Shown piece after piece: positions 1 through 8,118 of a stretch of DNA of 12,747 nucleotides. The position numbers and the translations under genes are program-made. The notes under the pieces were generated by a model. The model had not been told where the DNA came from and did not search any database. It was given only the letters and a program-made list of their open reading frames with translations. Numbering within the stretch: position 1 is the stretch's first letter; every line of letters begins with the position of its first letter. The stretch spans positions 1-12,747 of the forward strand of contig JAHQXC010000035.1 in NCBI GenBank assembly GCA_029856525.1, written 5' to 3'. This stretch comes from Candidatus Odinarchaeia archaeon. GTDB lineage: Archaea > Asgardarchaeota > Odinarchaeia > Odinarchaeales > Odinarchaeaceae.

Positions 1-296
1 GGTCTAGTTGTTCTAGAGAAGTTGTCAAATGATATGTTTAATTTTTTAAAATCAGCTAAATCCTGTTCATATATTTTTTCAGTGATCTCTAAAGGTTTTA
101 CTTTAAGCTTCTCAGCCATTACGGAGATAGGTGTACCATGTTCATCTGTTCCACATACATAATATGCTTCATCACCTTTCAACCGCCTGTATCTGACATA
201 TATATCTGCAGGAATATACGTGCTTCTAGCGTGTCCTATATGAAGCTCCGCGTTCGCATATGGAAGAGCTGCTGTGACTAAAACTTTTTTCCCCAC
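1..296 (-). CDS. metG: Methionyl-tRNA synthetase, N-terminal part (runs off the left edge)
   Basis: Not in ORF track. Manual translation from GTG at 296: MGKKVLVTAALPYANAELHIGHARSTYIPADIYVRYRRLKGDEAYYVCGTDEHGTPI...FKKLNISFDNFSRTT. Class I HIGH motif and MetRS-typical GTDEHG and FSRTT. SD-like GGTGT upstream (306-302). Confidence 0.95.
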   Translation of the reverse strand, partial: MGKKVLVTAALPYANAELHIGHARSTYIPADIYVRYRRLKGDEAYYVCGTDEHGTPISVMAEKLKVKPLEITEKIYEQDLADFKKLNISFDNFSRTTR

Positions 297-516
297 CGTT
301 TACACCTCTCTAGTTACTGGAAAGTGTTAAACATTATTTTAATATAAATTACTTTCCTAATTGCATTAATTTTATTAAGTATTTAATCTTCACTAAGATA
401 GCTGGGATTCTCCCTACCAGTTTAACCGGTTATAGTTTGCAGAACACCCCGTCAACCTGTTTTTAGAATCCGATTATATTTTAAGCTTAATCTGTTTAAT
501 TTAAAAGGGGTTTAGA

Positions 517-1287
517 ATGGCCGCGATCGGTAATTTAACTAGAAGAGATGCTGCTAGAAGGCTTCACGTGAAAACTATTATAGAAAGCTGTTTGGATACA
601 AGCGTAGGGCAGATGGTTTTAAAACTTAATAATGGTGAGACATGCGGTAGGATTAGACTGCTAGGCCTTGTAGTCGATAAACGTTTTAAAAATAATTTTC
701 AGAAGAATACAGAATTAGACTATAATAGTGAAGAGCAGCCGGATGGTTTTTACGCCTCTATAACTTTAGATGATTCGACAGGTGTTATTAACGTGAGAGC
801 TTGGAACAATCAAGCAGTTCTCTTGAATAAGTATAATCTAGGTGATATGGTGGAGATTATAGGTAAACCTAGAGAGTACAACGGGAGGGTTTATATTCTA
901 TACGAGTGCGGATTCATAGTCGAAGACATACACTGGTGGCTTCTACACGAGCTTAAAATTCTCTTAGACGAGTTAAGCGGATCAGACGATGCTTGTAATA
1001 GCAGCGAATACACGTCCGGTAATATTAATAAGTATATAATCAATAAGTTTATTGAAAACGAACTAGATACCAGCCAAGGTCAACTTGGATTATGTGAGAA
1101 ATCCTTAGCTGATAAGCTAATAGATGTTATCCATAAGTTGGATAGAGGCGACGGTGTCTTGTTCACTACTATAAGAGAAGAATTAAAAGAGTTTAAAACA
1201 GTTGAAATAGAAGACGTGTTAAAGCAATTATTGAAAGAAGGCACTTTATATGAGTGTAAGCCTCAAAGATATCGAAGATCTTATTGA
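517..1287 (+). CDS. RPA32/RPA2-like ssDNA-binding protein (OB fold plus C-terminal winged helix)
   Basis: OB-fold signature ITLDDSTGVINVRAW...GDMVEIIGKPREYNG, a low-complexity linker, and a C-terminal wH-like segment (GDGVLFTTIREEL...EIEDVLKQLLKEGTLYECKPQRY). SD-like GGGGT before ATG. Confidence 0.75.
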   Translation: MAAIGNLTRRDAARRLHVKTIIESCLDTSVGQMVLKLNNGETCGRIRLLGLVVDKRFKNNFQKNTELDYNSEEQPDGFYASITLDDSTGVINVRAWNNQAVLLNKYNLGDMVEIIGKPREYNGRVYILYECGFIVEDIHWWLLHELKILLDELSGSDDACNSSEYTSGNINKYIINKFIENELDTSQGQLGLCEKSLADKLIDVIHKLDRGDGVLFTTIREELKEFKTVEIEDVLKQLLKEGTLYECKPQRYRRSY

Positions 1288-1302
1288 AAGGTGAATATTA
1301 GA

Positions 1303-1716
1303 ATGGATTTATTAGACTACCCTACATTGCTTAAGAGGTTAAGAGAAGGTCTTCCACAGGAAATATTAGAAAGCTCAAGATTTAAAGTACCGAAAGTAGA
1401 CTCTTTCATAGAGGGGAATCGAACATTTATTAAAAATTTTCGTGAGATATGTGATATCCTAGCCCGCCCGGAGGCTTCAGTTTTAAAATATATAGCTAGA
1501 GAGTTAGCTACCGCAGGTAGTATGGAAGGGTCCACAGCGGTTTTCCAAGGTAAATTCACCAGGGATGTTTTAGATAATTTAGTAGAACGTTACACTCAAC
1601 TATATGTTATATGCCCTATTTGTAAGAGACCTGACAGTGAGATTATTAAACAAGACAGATACCAGTTCCTAGTTTGTAAAGCGTGCGGAGCTAGAACACC
1701 TGTTAAACCTTATTAG
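1303..1716 (+). CDS. eif2b: Translation initiation factor 2 beta subunit (aIF-2beta)
   Basis: DYPTLLKRL, SRFKVP, GNRTFIKNF, RELAT and C-terminal Zn ribbon CPICKRPDS...CKACGA. Start placed at ATG 1303 because GGTGA (1290-1294) is an SD 8 nt upstream; the track's GTG 1291 lies inside that SD. Confidence 0.95.
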   Translation: MDLLDYPTLLKRLREGLPQEILESSRFKVPKVDSFIEGNRTFIKNFREICDILARPEASVLKYIARELATAGSMEGSTAVFQGKFTRDVLDNLVERYTQLYVICPICKRPDSEIIKQDRYQFLVCKACGARTPVKPY

Positions 1717-1725
1717 GGGAAGAAA

Positions 1726-2022
1726 TTGGACTGTTATGTTAAAATATTTAATTTAGGCCGCGAAAGAATGGTCGCGGTTTGCGATAAAAATCTTATAGGT
1801 CAAGTGCTTAAAGAAGGTAAGCTTCGAATAGAGGTTAAAGAATCCTTTTATAAAGGGCAGATCCTCTCTATTCAAGAGGCGATTGAAGAGATTAAAAAAG
1901 CCACAATCGCTAATCTTATAGGTAACGAGATTATTAAGGAGGCTATAAAATCAAAGCTTGTACATGAGAGTGTAGTATTATATATTGCAGGTGTAGCTCA
2001 CGCTCAGATAGTAAAAGTTTAG
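1726..2022 (+). CDS. DUF424 family protein (conserved archaeal, unknown function)
   Basis: MVAVCDKNLIG, V-x-ESFYKG and ATIANLIGNEII-x-EAI motifs typical of DUF424; usual neighbourhood of aIF-2beta/NMD3. TTG start. Confidence 0.8.
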   Translation: MDCYVKIFNLGRERMVAVCDKNLIGQVLKEGKLRIEVKESFYKGQILSIQEAIEEIKKATIANLIGNEIIKEAIKSKLVHESVVLYIAGVAHAQIVKV

Positions 2023-2037
2023 TGCTCAGAGGATTAA

Positions 2038-3132
2038 TTGATGGATTGGATCTGCTCTCGATGCGGTAAGCGGATATTTAAAAGAGAGGATTACCATGCA
2101 GGGTTCTGCATAGACTGTTATATGGAAGAGCATCCTCCACCTTCAATTCCAACTAATTTAGAGGTCTCCGTATGTCCACGCTGCTCGCGTTACAAGGTGA
2201 AGGATAAATGGATTGCAAGCAAGTTAACTGATTTCTCGAATATAATTTTCGAGGCCGCTTACAATGAAATTAGTAAAGTTTTACATTACGGCGTTAATAT
2301 AATTGAAGTTAAACCGATTCAACGTTTAGAGGATGTAGGGCTCCAAGATTTTGAATCACAGATACCTGTAACCGTTAGCATTAGCCATAAAGATCCTGAA
2401 GGCAGAAATATTATAATTCAACAAACCGCGTTTTTAACAGTTCACAGAATCATCTGCCCGGAGTGTGCTAGAAGTCATAGAGAGGCTTATGAAGCGATTA
2501 TACAGATAAGAGCTAAAAACAGGGTTGTTGACGCACAGGAACAGTTGAAAATTTTAAATTATATACAAGGCTTAGTTCAAAAAACACGCGCCGGGTTATT
2601 AGAACACTCGCTTACGAAAGTTAAACAGGTGCATAGTGGAGTTGACTTATATTTTTCCTCTAATAGTTTAGCTAAAAAAATCTCTAATTATATTGTATCC
2701 GAATTCGGCTGCTTCCATAAGTCTTCAGAAAAGATTTCAGGTAGAGATAAATCCGGTAGAACCAGGTTTAAAGTAGTATACTCGTTAAGGCTTCCAGATT
2801 TCAGGCCGGGTGATATAATCGAGTGGAATGGGAGAAACTATCTTTTAGAGAGTATAAGCGGCGGTAAAGCTCATATAATCGATATTTTAACAGATCAGAA
2901 GACGAGTATACCACTCGCTGAAGCTTGGCGTACGACTTCAATAATTAAAAAAGAGTCGTTCATAAAATTTCTAATCATATCTGTGGAGGATAACACAGTG
3001 GAGTTAATGGATTCAAAAACATATGAGGTATTCACAGTTAACAAACCTGCTTGGCTTGTTAAAACAGGGATGGAGGTATACGGTTTTATTTCGAAAAAAG
3101 GAGTTATCTCGCTGATACCTCGATTAAAATGA
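2038..3132 (+). CDS. nmd3: NMD3 family large-subunit maturation protein
   Basis: Four CxxC motifs (CSRC, CIDC, CPRC, CPEC), YEAIIQIR, GVDLYF, and C-terminal OB-like VELMDSKTYEVF. Start could be TTG 2038 or ATG 2041. Confidence 0.92.
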   Translation: MMDWICSRCGKRIFKREDYHAGFCIDCYMEEHPPPSIPTNLEVSVCPRCSRYKVKDKWIASKLTDFSNIIFEAAYNEISKVLHYGVNIIEVKPIQRLEDVGLQDFESQIPVTVSISHKDPEGRNIIIQQTAFLTVHRIICPECARSHREAYEAIIQIRAKNRVVDAQEQLKILNYIQGLVQKTRAGLLEHSLTKVKQVHSGVDLYFSSNSLAKKISNYIVSEFGCFHKSSEKISGRDKSGRTRFKVVYSLRLPDFRPGDIIEWNGRNYLLESISGGKAHIIDILTDQKTSIPLAEAWRTTSIIKKESFIKFLIISVEDNTVELMDSKTYEVFTVNKPAWLVKTGMEVYGFISKKGVISLIPRLK

Positions 3133-3210
3133 GAATTTTTAGAGAATAGTTTAAATTCAAGAGAGTTAAATCAATATAAAGCTTAGAATATAAAATTTTA
3201 TGGTGGTAAT

Positions 3211-3531
3211 TTGCCTAAAAAAGATAAGAGGAATTCAGCTGACGCTCAACCGCAGGAGATTCAACGTGTTAGAGTCCCGGAGGAGGGGGAGCTTCTAGGT
3301 GAAGTAATCCAGCTACTAGGACATGAGACACTTCGTGTACGATGCTCTGACGGTAAAATAAGACTTTGCAGGATCCCCGGTCGTATGATTAAAAAAACAT
3401 GGATTAAAGAAGGTGATATAGTTTTAGTAGCCCCCTGGGATTTCCAATACGACACACGCGGTGATATAATCTGGCGTTACACGCAAGGCCAGGTTCAATG
3501 GCTGGAGAAGAAAGGGTACATGAAGTTTTGA
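3211..3531 (+). CDS. eif1a: Translation initiation factor 1A (aIF-1A)
   Basis: LLG-x4-RVRCSDGKIRLCRIPGRM-x-KKTWIKEGDIVLVAPWDFQ...GDIIWRYT; SD GGTGG before TTG. Confidence 0.97.
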   Translation: MPKKDKRNSADAQPQEIQRVRVPEEGELLGEVIQLLGHETLRVRCSDGKIRLCRIPGRMIKKTWIKEGDIVLVAPWDFQYDTRGDIIWRYTQGQVQWLEKKGYMKF

Positions 3532-3540
3532 GGTGTTATC

Positions 3541-4317
3541 ATGCCAGGGGACGCGGAGAAAGTAATCAGGTTACTAGACATTAAGCTAGATAAAATTAAA
3601 ATTAAAGAGAAAAGTGAAGAGGATTTAGAGACGCAGGAAGGCGTCTTAGATAAATTCACTCTCGAAACACTATACTATCTAGCTAAGAGAAAACTGCTAA
3701 CAGAGATGTATGGTGTCATCTCCGCTGGTAAAGAATCCAATATCTACTGGGCTAAAAATAATGATGTAGACTTTGCTGTTAAAATATATCGAACAGCTAC
3801 AGCTAATTTTAAAGCTATACAAAACTATATAAGAGGGGACCCGAGGTTTAAGAAAATTCGTAAAGGTATCAGACCGCTAATATATGCATGGGCTTTAAAA
3901 GAGTTTAAGAATCTTCAAAGAGCTTCATCAGCCGGTGTCCGCGTTCCTAAACCTGTCGCAGTTAAAAATAATGTTTTAATTATGGAGTTTATAGGAGCTA
4001 ACGGCAAACCCGCTCCGCTGCTAAAAAATGCAGTTTTAGAGGCTCCTGAAAACACTTATAAAATAATCTGCGATTATATAAAAAAGCTTTATAATAAAGC
4101 TGAGCTCGTTCACGCAGATTTAAGCGAGTTTAATGTCATGTACCCAGGGGAGCCTGTTATAATAGACATGTCTCAATCTGTTTTAGTCTCACACCCCCTT
4201 GCACTAGATTATTTGAAAAGAGATATTGCAATCATATCAAGGTTTTTCAGGGGGTTAGGTGTGGAAGTAATTGATGAAAACGATTTTTTAAACGAAGTAA
4301 CTGGTGGTGTTCAATGA
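3541..4317 (+). CDS. rio1: RIO1 atypical Ser/Thr kinase/ATPase (small-subunit maturation)
   Basis: ISAGKESNIY loop, AVKIY, EFKNLQR, LIMEFIG, catalytic VHADLSEFNV and IIDMSQSV; SD GAGGTG. Confidence 0.95.
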   Translation: MPGDAEKVIRLLDIKLDKIKIKEKSEEDLETQEGVLDKFTLETLYYLAKRKLLTEMYGVISAGKESNIYWAKNNDVDFAVKIYRTATANFKAIQNYIRGDPRFKKIRKGIRPLIYAWALKEFKNLQRASSAGVRVPKPVAVKNNVLIMEFIGANGKPAPLLKNAVLEAPENTYKIICDYIKKLYNKAELVHADLSEFNVMYPGEPVIIDMSQSVLVSHPLALDYLKRDIAIISRFFRGLGVEVIDENDFLNEVTGGVQ

Positions 4318-4901
4318 AAAATATAGTTGAAACTATTAGAATCCCCAGGGAGCGAATTGGAGTAGTTATCGGTAAAGGAGGGGAGATGAAAGCAACCATA
4401 GAGCAGGCTACTAAAACCAAGCTTACCGTGGATAGCGAGAACAACACGGTTATGATAGAGGCAGCTGAGGATGCTGATCCTCTTTCAATTTGGAAGACTA
4501 AGCAGATTTTAACAGCTATCGGACGGGGATTCAACCCGAAAACAGCTTTGAAATTAGTTGACGACGACGTATTCTTAGAGGTAATTGATTTGAAAAGTAT
4601 TTTTCCATCTGAAAAGTCTCAGATCAGAATTAAAGGGAGAATAATAGGGGAGAAAGGTAAGACTAGGAGGATAATAGAGGAGCTTTCAGAGACAAAGATA
4701 TCCGTTTACGGGGATACTGTTGCGATTATCGGCGAGCAGGAGCAGCTGAAGATAGCTAAGAAAGCTGTTGAAATGTTGATAAAAGGGCTTTCACATGGAA
4801 CAGTATATAAATACCTTAGTAAAATGAAACAGGACCTTAAACAGAAAAAATATGATTTATGGGAGCGAACTGCAGAGTTAAAGGAAGAAGATTCTAAATG
4901 A
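4314..4901 (+). CDS. dim2: KH-domain pre-rRNA processing protein Dim2/Pno1 family
   Basis: Two KH GxxG loops (RIGVVIGKGG, KGRIIGEKGK), AIGRGF, HGTVYKYL; ATGA overlap with rio1. Confidence 0.9.
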   Translation: MKNIVETIRIPRERIGVVIGKGGEMKATIEQATKTKLTVDSENNTVMIEAAEDADPLSIWKTKQILTAIGRGFNPKTALKLVDDDVFLEVIDLKSIFPSEKSQIRIKGRIIGEKGKTRRIIEELSETKISVYGDTVAIIGEQEQLKIAKKAVEMLIKGLSHGTVYKYLSKMKQDLKQKKYDLWERTAELKEEDSK

Positions 4902-4967
4902 TAATTTATGGTCGGTTAAAACGCGCCTGCTCTCAGTCATATCCTAAACAAAGGTTTATAAGTTAGC

Positions 4968-5687
4968 TTACTGGAATGCGTTACAGAATTCGACTTTCAC
5001 ATCTCCTTCTATAATTTCAATAAAACTGTAATAGCCTAGTGAAGCACTCCCCGGGTTAACTAATACTGTTCCATCTAGGCGGTCTACTCCTTTAGCTTCG
5101 TGAATATGACCGCTTATGTGCAGAAACGGTTTTTTATTTAAAACAAACTCCCTGATTCGCTTACTTCCAACATGAACACCTCTTTTATTAATATCTATTC
5201 TCGTATTATAAGGCGGGTCATGTGTAACCGTTACTAATCTAGAGGTATCCGGAACCTTCAAGATTAATTTTTCAAGCATATCCTCGATCTCCTCTTCTGT
5301 GAACTCGTATAAAGTGTGGAAGGGAGTCTTACTGCTACCACCTAAGCCTAGAAACCTGTAACCTGCATGCTCTAAAACCTTCATATGAATATTGAAAATT
5401 CCCTCAACGCTCTCAAATTTTTCAATTTCAGGGCTGTCGCAATTTCCTGGTATGAAAAATAAACACTCCGCGCCCGCTTCGTTAAGAGTCCTAAGAACAT
5501 TTAAAGCTTCGTGTAACCCTCCGAAATGTGTTATATCCCCGGCTACTATAGTTAAATCCACTTTACCTGGTATCCGATTTATAGTTTCAACTATTTTTTC
5601 AACCGCTTCGATATTACCATGTATATCTGATAAAACAAGTATTTTCAAATTGAACCCACTTGTAGTTTTTGGTTTAACAATTATCAT
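4968..5687 (-). CDS. Calcineurin-like metallophosphoesterase (Icc-related)
   Basis: All five motifs: SDIHG, AGDIT, PGNCD, VTHDPPY, SGHIHE. True start may be TTG at 5648 (MKILVLSDIHG), preceded by AGTGGG. Confidence 0.9.
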   Translation of the reverse strand: MIIVKPKTTSGFNLKILVLSDIHGNIEAVEKIVETINRIPGKVDLTIVAGDITHFGGLHEALNVLRTLNEAGAECLFFIPGNCDSPEIEKFESVEGIFNIHMKVLEHAGYRFLGLGGSSKTPFHTLYEFTEEEIEDMLEKLILKVPDTSRLVTVTHDPPYNTRIDINKRGVHVGSKRIREFVLNKKPFLHISGHIHEAKGVDRLDGTVLVNPGSASLGYYSFIEIIEGDVKVEFCNAFQ

Positions 5688-5798
5688 AAAATAGTCGTTA
5701 ATAGCTTTATTAATTTTAGCTGATTATAATTTGTAATAGGTTTAAGATGGAGGCTGCTCTGTTTAAAATAAACTTATAATAAACGAGAAGGGATTTAT

Positions 5799-6272
5799 TT
5801 GACTATAATGGTGGTTTTAGGTGGAGGCGGCCACAGCTTCGAGATGATGAGAATTTTGGAGAACATGCATTTAAAAAATAATATAGTCTACGTGTTAAAC
5901 CATGACGACTATTATACAAATGTGAAAGGCAATGGAAGCCGCGTATATAAATTGTTAAGGCCTAGGAAGCCACTCGAATACGGGTTTAAAACCTTTTTCA
6001 GATTTGTCCTCTCATTTTTAAACGCGCTGCTCTTATTAATATGGACTAGACCTAAAATAATATTAACAAACGGCCCTTCTATAAGCGTTCCCCTAACTAT
6101 TATAGGTTGGTTGCTTAGAGCGCGTATTATTTTCATTGAAAGCATATGCAGAGTTTACCGGCTTTCACTATCAGGGCGCCTTCTACTACCTTTAACAGAT
6201 CTTTTCATAGTTCAGTGGCCGTATCTTAAAAAATATTCTAGTAAAATAATCTATGCTGGTAGAATCTTTTAA
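5799..6272 (+). CDS. alg14: Alg14/PssD-like glycosyltransferase subunit (acceptor-binding half of split GT28-like enzyme)
   Basis: VLGGGGHSFEM, TNGPSISVP, IIFIESICRVYRLSLSG, LFIVQWP; hydrophobic helix FFRFVLSFLNALLLLIW. Confidence 0.85.
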   Translation: MTIMVVLGGGGHSFEMMRILENMHLKNNIVYVLNHDDYYTNVKGNGSRVYKLLRPRKPLEYGFKTFFRFVLSFLNALLLLIWTRPKIILTNGPSISVPLTIIGWLLRARIIFIESICRVYRLSLSGRLLLPLTDLFIVQWPYLKKYSSKIIYAGRIF

Positions 6273-6275
6273 GGT

Positions 6276-6746
6276 GTGTTTATGAAAATATTTGTTACAG
6301 TCGGGACTTCAAGCTTCGATTCTCTTTTCAGGAGAGTGGATGAAATATTAAATTCTAGAAGCGACTTGGAGGCTATAGGGCAAATAGGTGTTGGAAAATA
6401 TAAGCCTAATAATTTTAGTAAAATTTTCCGGTTTACGAGAAGAATTAGAGAATACTATGAATGGGCGGATCTGGTTATATCACACGGCGGCGCTGGTACA
6501 ATATACGACATCCTCCGTTTTAATAAGAAAGCTGTTGTAATCCCTAATAAAATGGCTGTCGAAGAACACCAGGTTGAGCTTGTCACAGAATTACACAGGT
6601 TAGGGTATATTATGAAAGGTGATCTTGAAAGATTACCAGAGCAGATAGATGCGTGTTTAAAATACGAGTTTAAACCTTACACTATTAAATCAGGTGGGCG
6701 AATATATTCTATAATAGATGAATATATTCGCAGTATTATCGGCTAG
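6276..6746 (+). CDS. alg13: Alg13/PssE-like glycosyltransferase subunit (nucleotide-sugar-binding GT28 C-terminal half)
   Basis: IFVTVGTSSFDSL, QIG, ADLVISHGGAGTI, VVIPN...EEHQVEL; starts 3 nt after alg14 with SD GGTG. Confidence 0.85.
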   Translation: MFMKIFVTVGTSSFDSLFRRVDEILNSRSDLEAIGQIGVGKYKPNNFSKIFRFTRRIREYYEWADLVISHGGAGTIYDILRFNKKAVVIPNKMAVEEHQVELVTELHRLGYIMKGDLERLPEQIDACLKYEFKPYTIKSGGRIYSIIDEYIRSIIG

Positions 6747-7471
6747 TGAACTATACATACAGGCGGTTGTCTCCTTTTATGCATGTTACGTTTAATCCTA
6801 TACATTACACTATCTACTATATCAGCCGGTATACCGTGGAAATTGCCTCTGACAATTTTATCTAAAAAATCATATTTAACCCCTATCTCCCCTTCATCTG
6901 TTTGTCCTTCATATAAATCCGCTGATGGGGGTCTATTAATTATCTCTTCAGGTATCTGCAGCGCTTCAGCTATTCGCTTAACCTCCCCTTTCACAAGATC
7001 TCCTAAAGGCAGTAAATCAACTCCACCGTCTCCATATTTAGTAAAATAGCCTAGCTTCAACTCCGTGTAATTGCCTGTTCCAACCACTAAGAAAGATAGG
7101 GTGTTAGCTACATAATAGAGTGTTGTCATTCTAAGCCTTGGTTTAATATTAGCCTCCGCATTTATATTTTCCGACTCGAAGTGAATTTTATATAATTCTA
7201 GTAATCTATCATAGATCTCAGTTAAATCTATAATCTTGTAATCTAAGCTGAATTTTTCAGCAAATTTTAACGCATTATTAATCGCGTCTACAGGAGAATG
7301 GCAGGGCATTATTAAACCTAAAGTAGGGTAACCTGTTCTCTTACATAGAGCCGCGGTTACAGCTGAATCTAAGCCGCCTGATAACCCTACCGTGAATCCT
7401 TTCATCCCAGCTTTTTCAACCTGTTTTCTAAGCCATTTTACAATTTTTACGATGACATCATTTAAATCCAT
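6743..7471 (-). CDS. nadE: NH3-dependent NAD+ synthetase
   Basis: VGLSGGLDSAV PP-loop, NIKPRLRM, GTGNYTE, GYFTKYGDGGVD, PPSADL-x-EGQTDE; no glutaminase domain. Confidence 0.97.
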   Translation of the reverse strand: MDLNDVIVKIVKWLRKQVEKAGMKGFTVGLSGGLDSAVTAALCKRTGYPTLGLIMPCHSPVDAINNALKFAEKFSLDYKIIDLTEIYDRLLELYKIHFESENINAEANIKPRLRMTTLYYVANTLSFLVVGTGNYTELKLGYFTKYGDGGVDLLPLGDLVKGEVKRIAEALQIPEEIINRPPSADLYEGQTDEGEIGVKYDFLDKIVRGNFHGIPADIVDSVMYRIKRNMHKRRQPPVCIVH

Positions 7472-7602
7472 TTAAACCCCCATATGATTTACTTGTTAAA
7501 TTAGGATATTATGTTTATCTATCATCTTACCACGATAATAAAATAATAAATATAGGTGTTAATTGAATAAGGTTATAGGTGACCGTGTTACGAGGTTTTT
7601 AT

Positions 7603-8118
7603 ATGAGACTATGGCTTCAAAATATTCTAGCATGTCCTATATGTAAAACTCATCCTCTTCAATTAGTTGTCTTGAAATGGGGGGATGTGGACTCTTCTCT
7701 TAAGGGTGATGAGCTTAAAAAAATGATTTTAAACGATATTGAAAAGAGATTAATAAGCCCCCCTTCTATTCAGAATATTATAGTAGTAGATGAAAATGAA
7801 TTGTTAAATGAGAAGGTTGAGAGGTTTAAAACCTTCTTCAATGATTTTACATTAGAGTACGAACCTGAGATTTTAATGAGAAAAATAAGCTCGGAGCTCG
7901 AATTCATCATGGATGTGATGTACCGGGTTAACATTAACAAAGGTGTTTTAAAATGTCCTGAGTGTAAGCGGTGGTTCCCTATAGGCAGTAGTATAGATGG
8001 CATACCTGAAATGCTCCCAGATAATCTAAGAGATAAAATTAAGGATAATAAGTTCATTTCTTTATGGTTTGATAAGCTACCAGGAGACTTGAAGAAAGAT
8101 ATAAGATTAGAGTGTTAA
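7603..8118 (+). CDS. trm112: Trm112 family methyltransferase activator, long form
   Basis: N-terminal NILACPICKTHPL and C-terminal GVLKCPECKRWFPI...DGIPEMLPD form the split Zn knuckle. Start placed at ATG 7603 (SD GAGGT 7592-7596) rather than track GTG 7579. Confidence 0.85.
   Translation: MRLWLQNILACPICKTHPLQLVVLKWGDVDSSLKGDELKKMILNDIEKRLISPPSIQNIIVVDENELLNEKVERFKTFFNDFTLEYEPEILMRKISSELEFIMDVMYRVNINKGVLKCPECKRWFPIGSSIDGIPEMLPDNLRDKIKDNKFISLWFDKLPGDLKKDIRLEC

Noticed and set aside
4902-4967. Possible C/D box sRNA between dim2 and the phosphoesterase
   Set aside because: The C-like ATGATAA has no downstream CTGA on the same strand, and the minus strand lacks a properly ordered C and D pair.
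5392-5694. 100-aa + strand ORF
   Set aside because: Antisense shadow of the metallophosphoesterase, with no recognisable motif.
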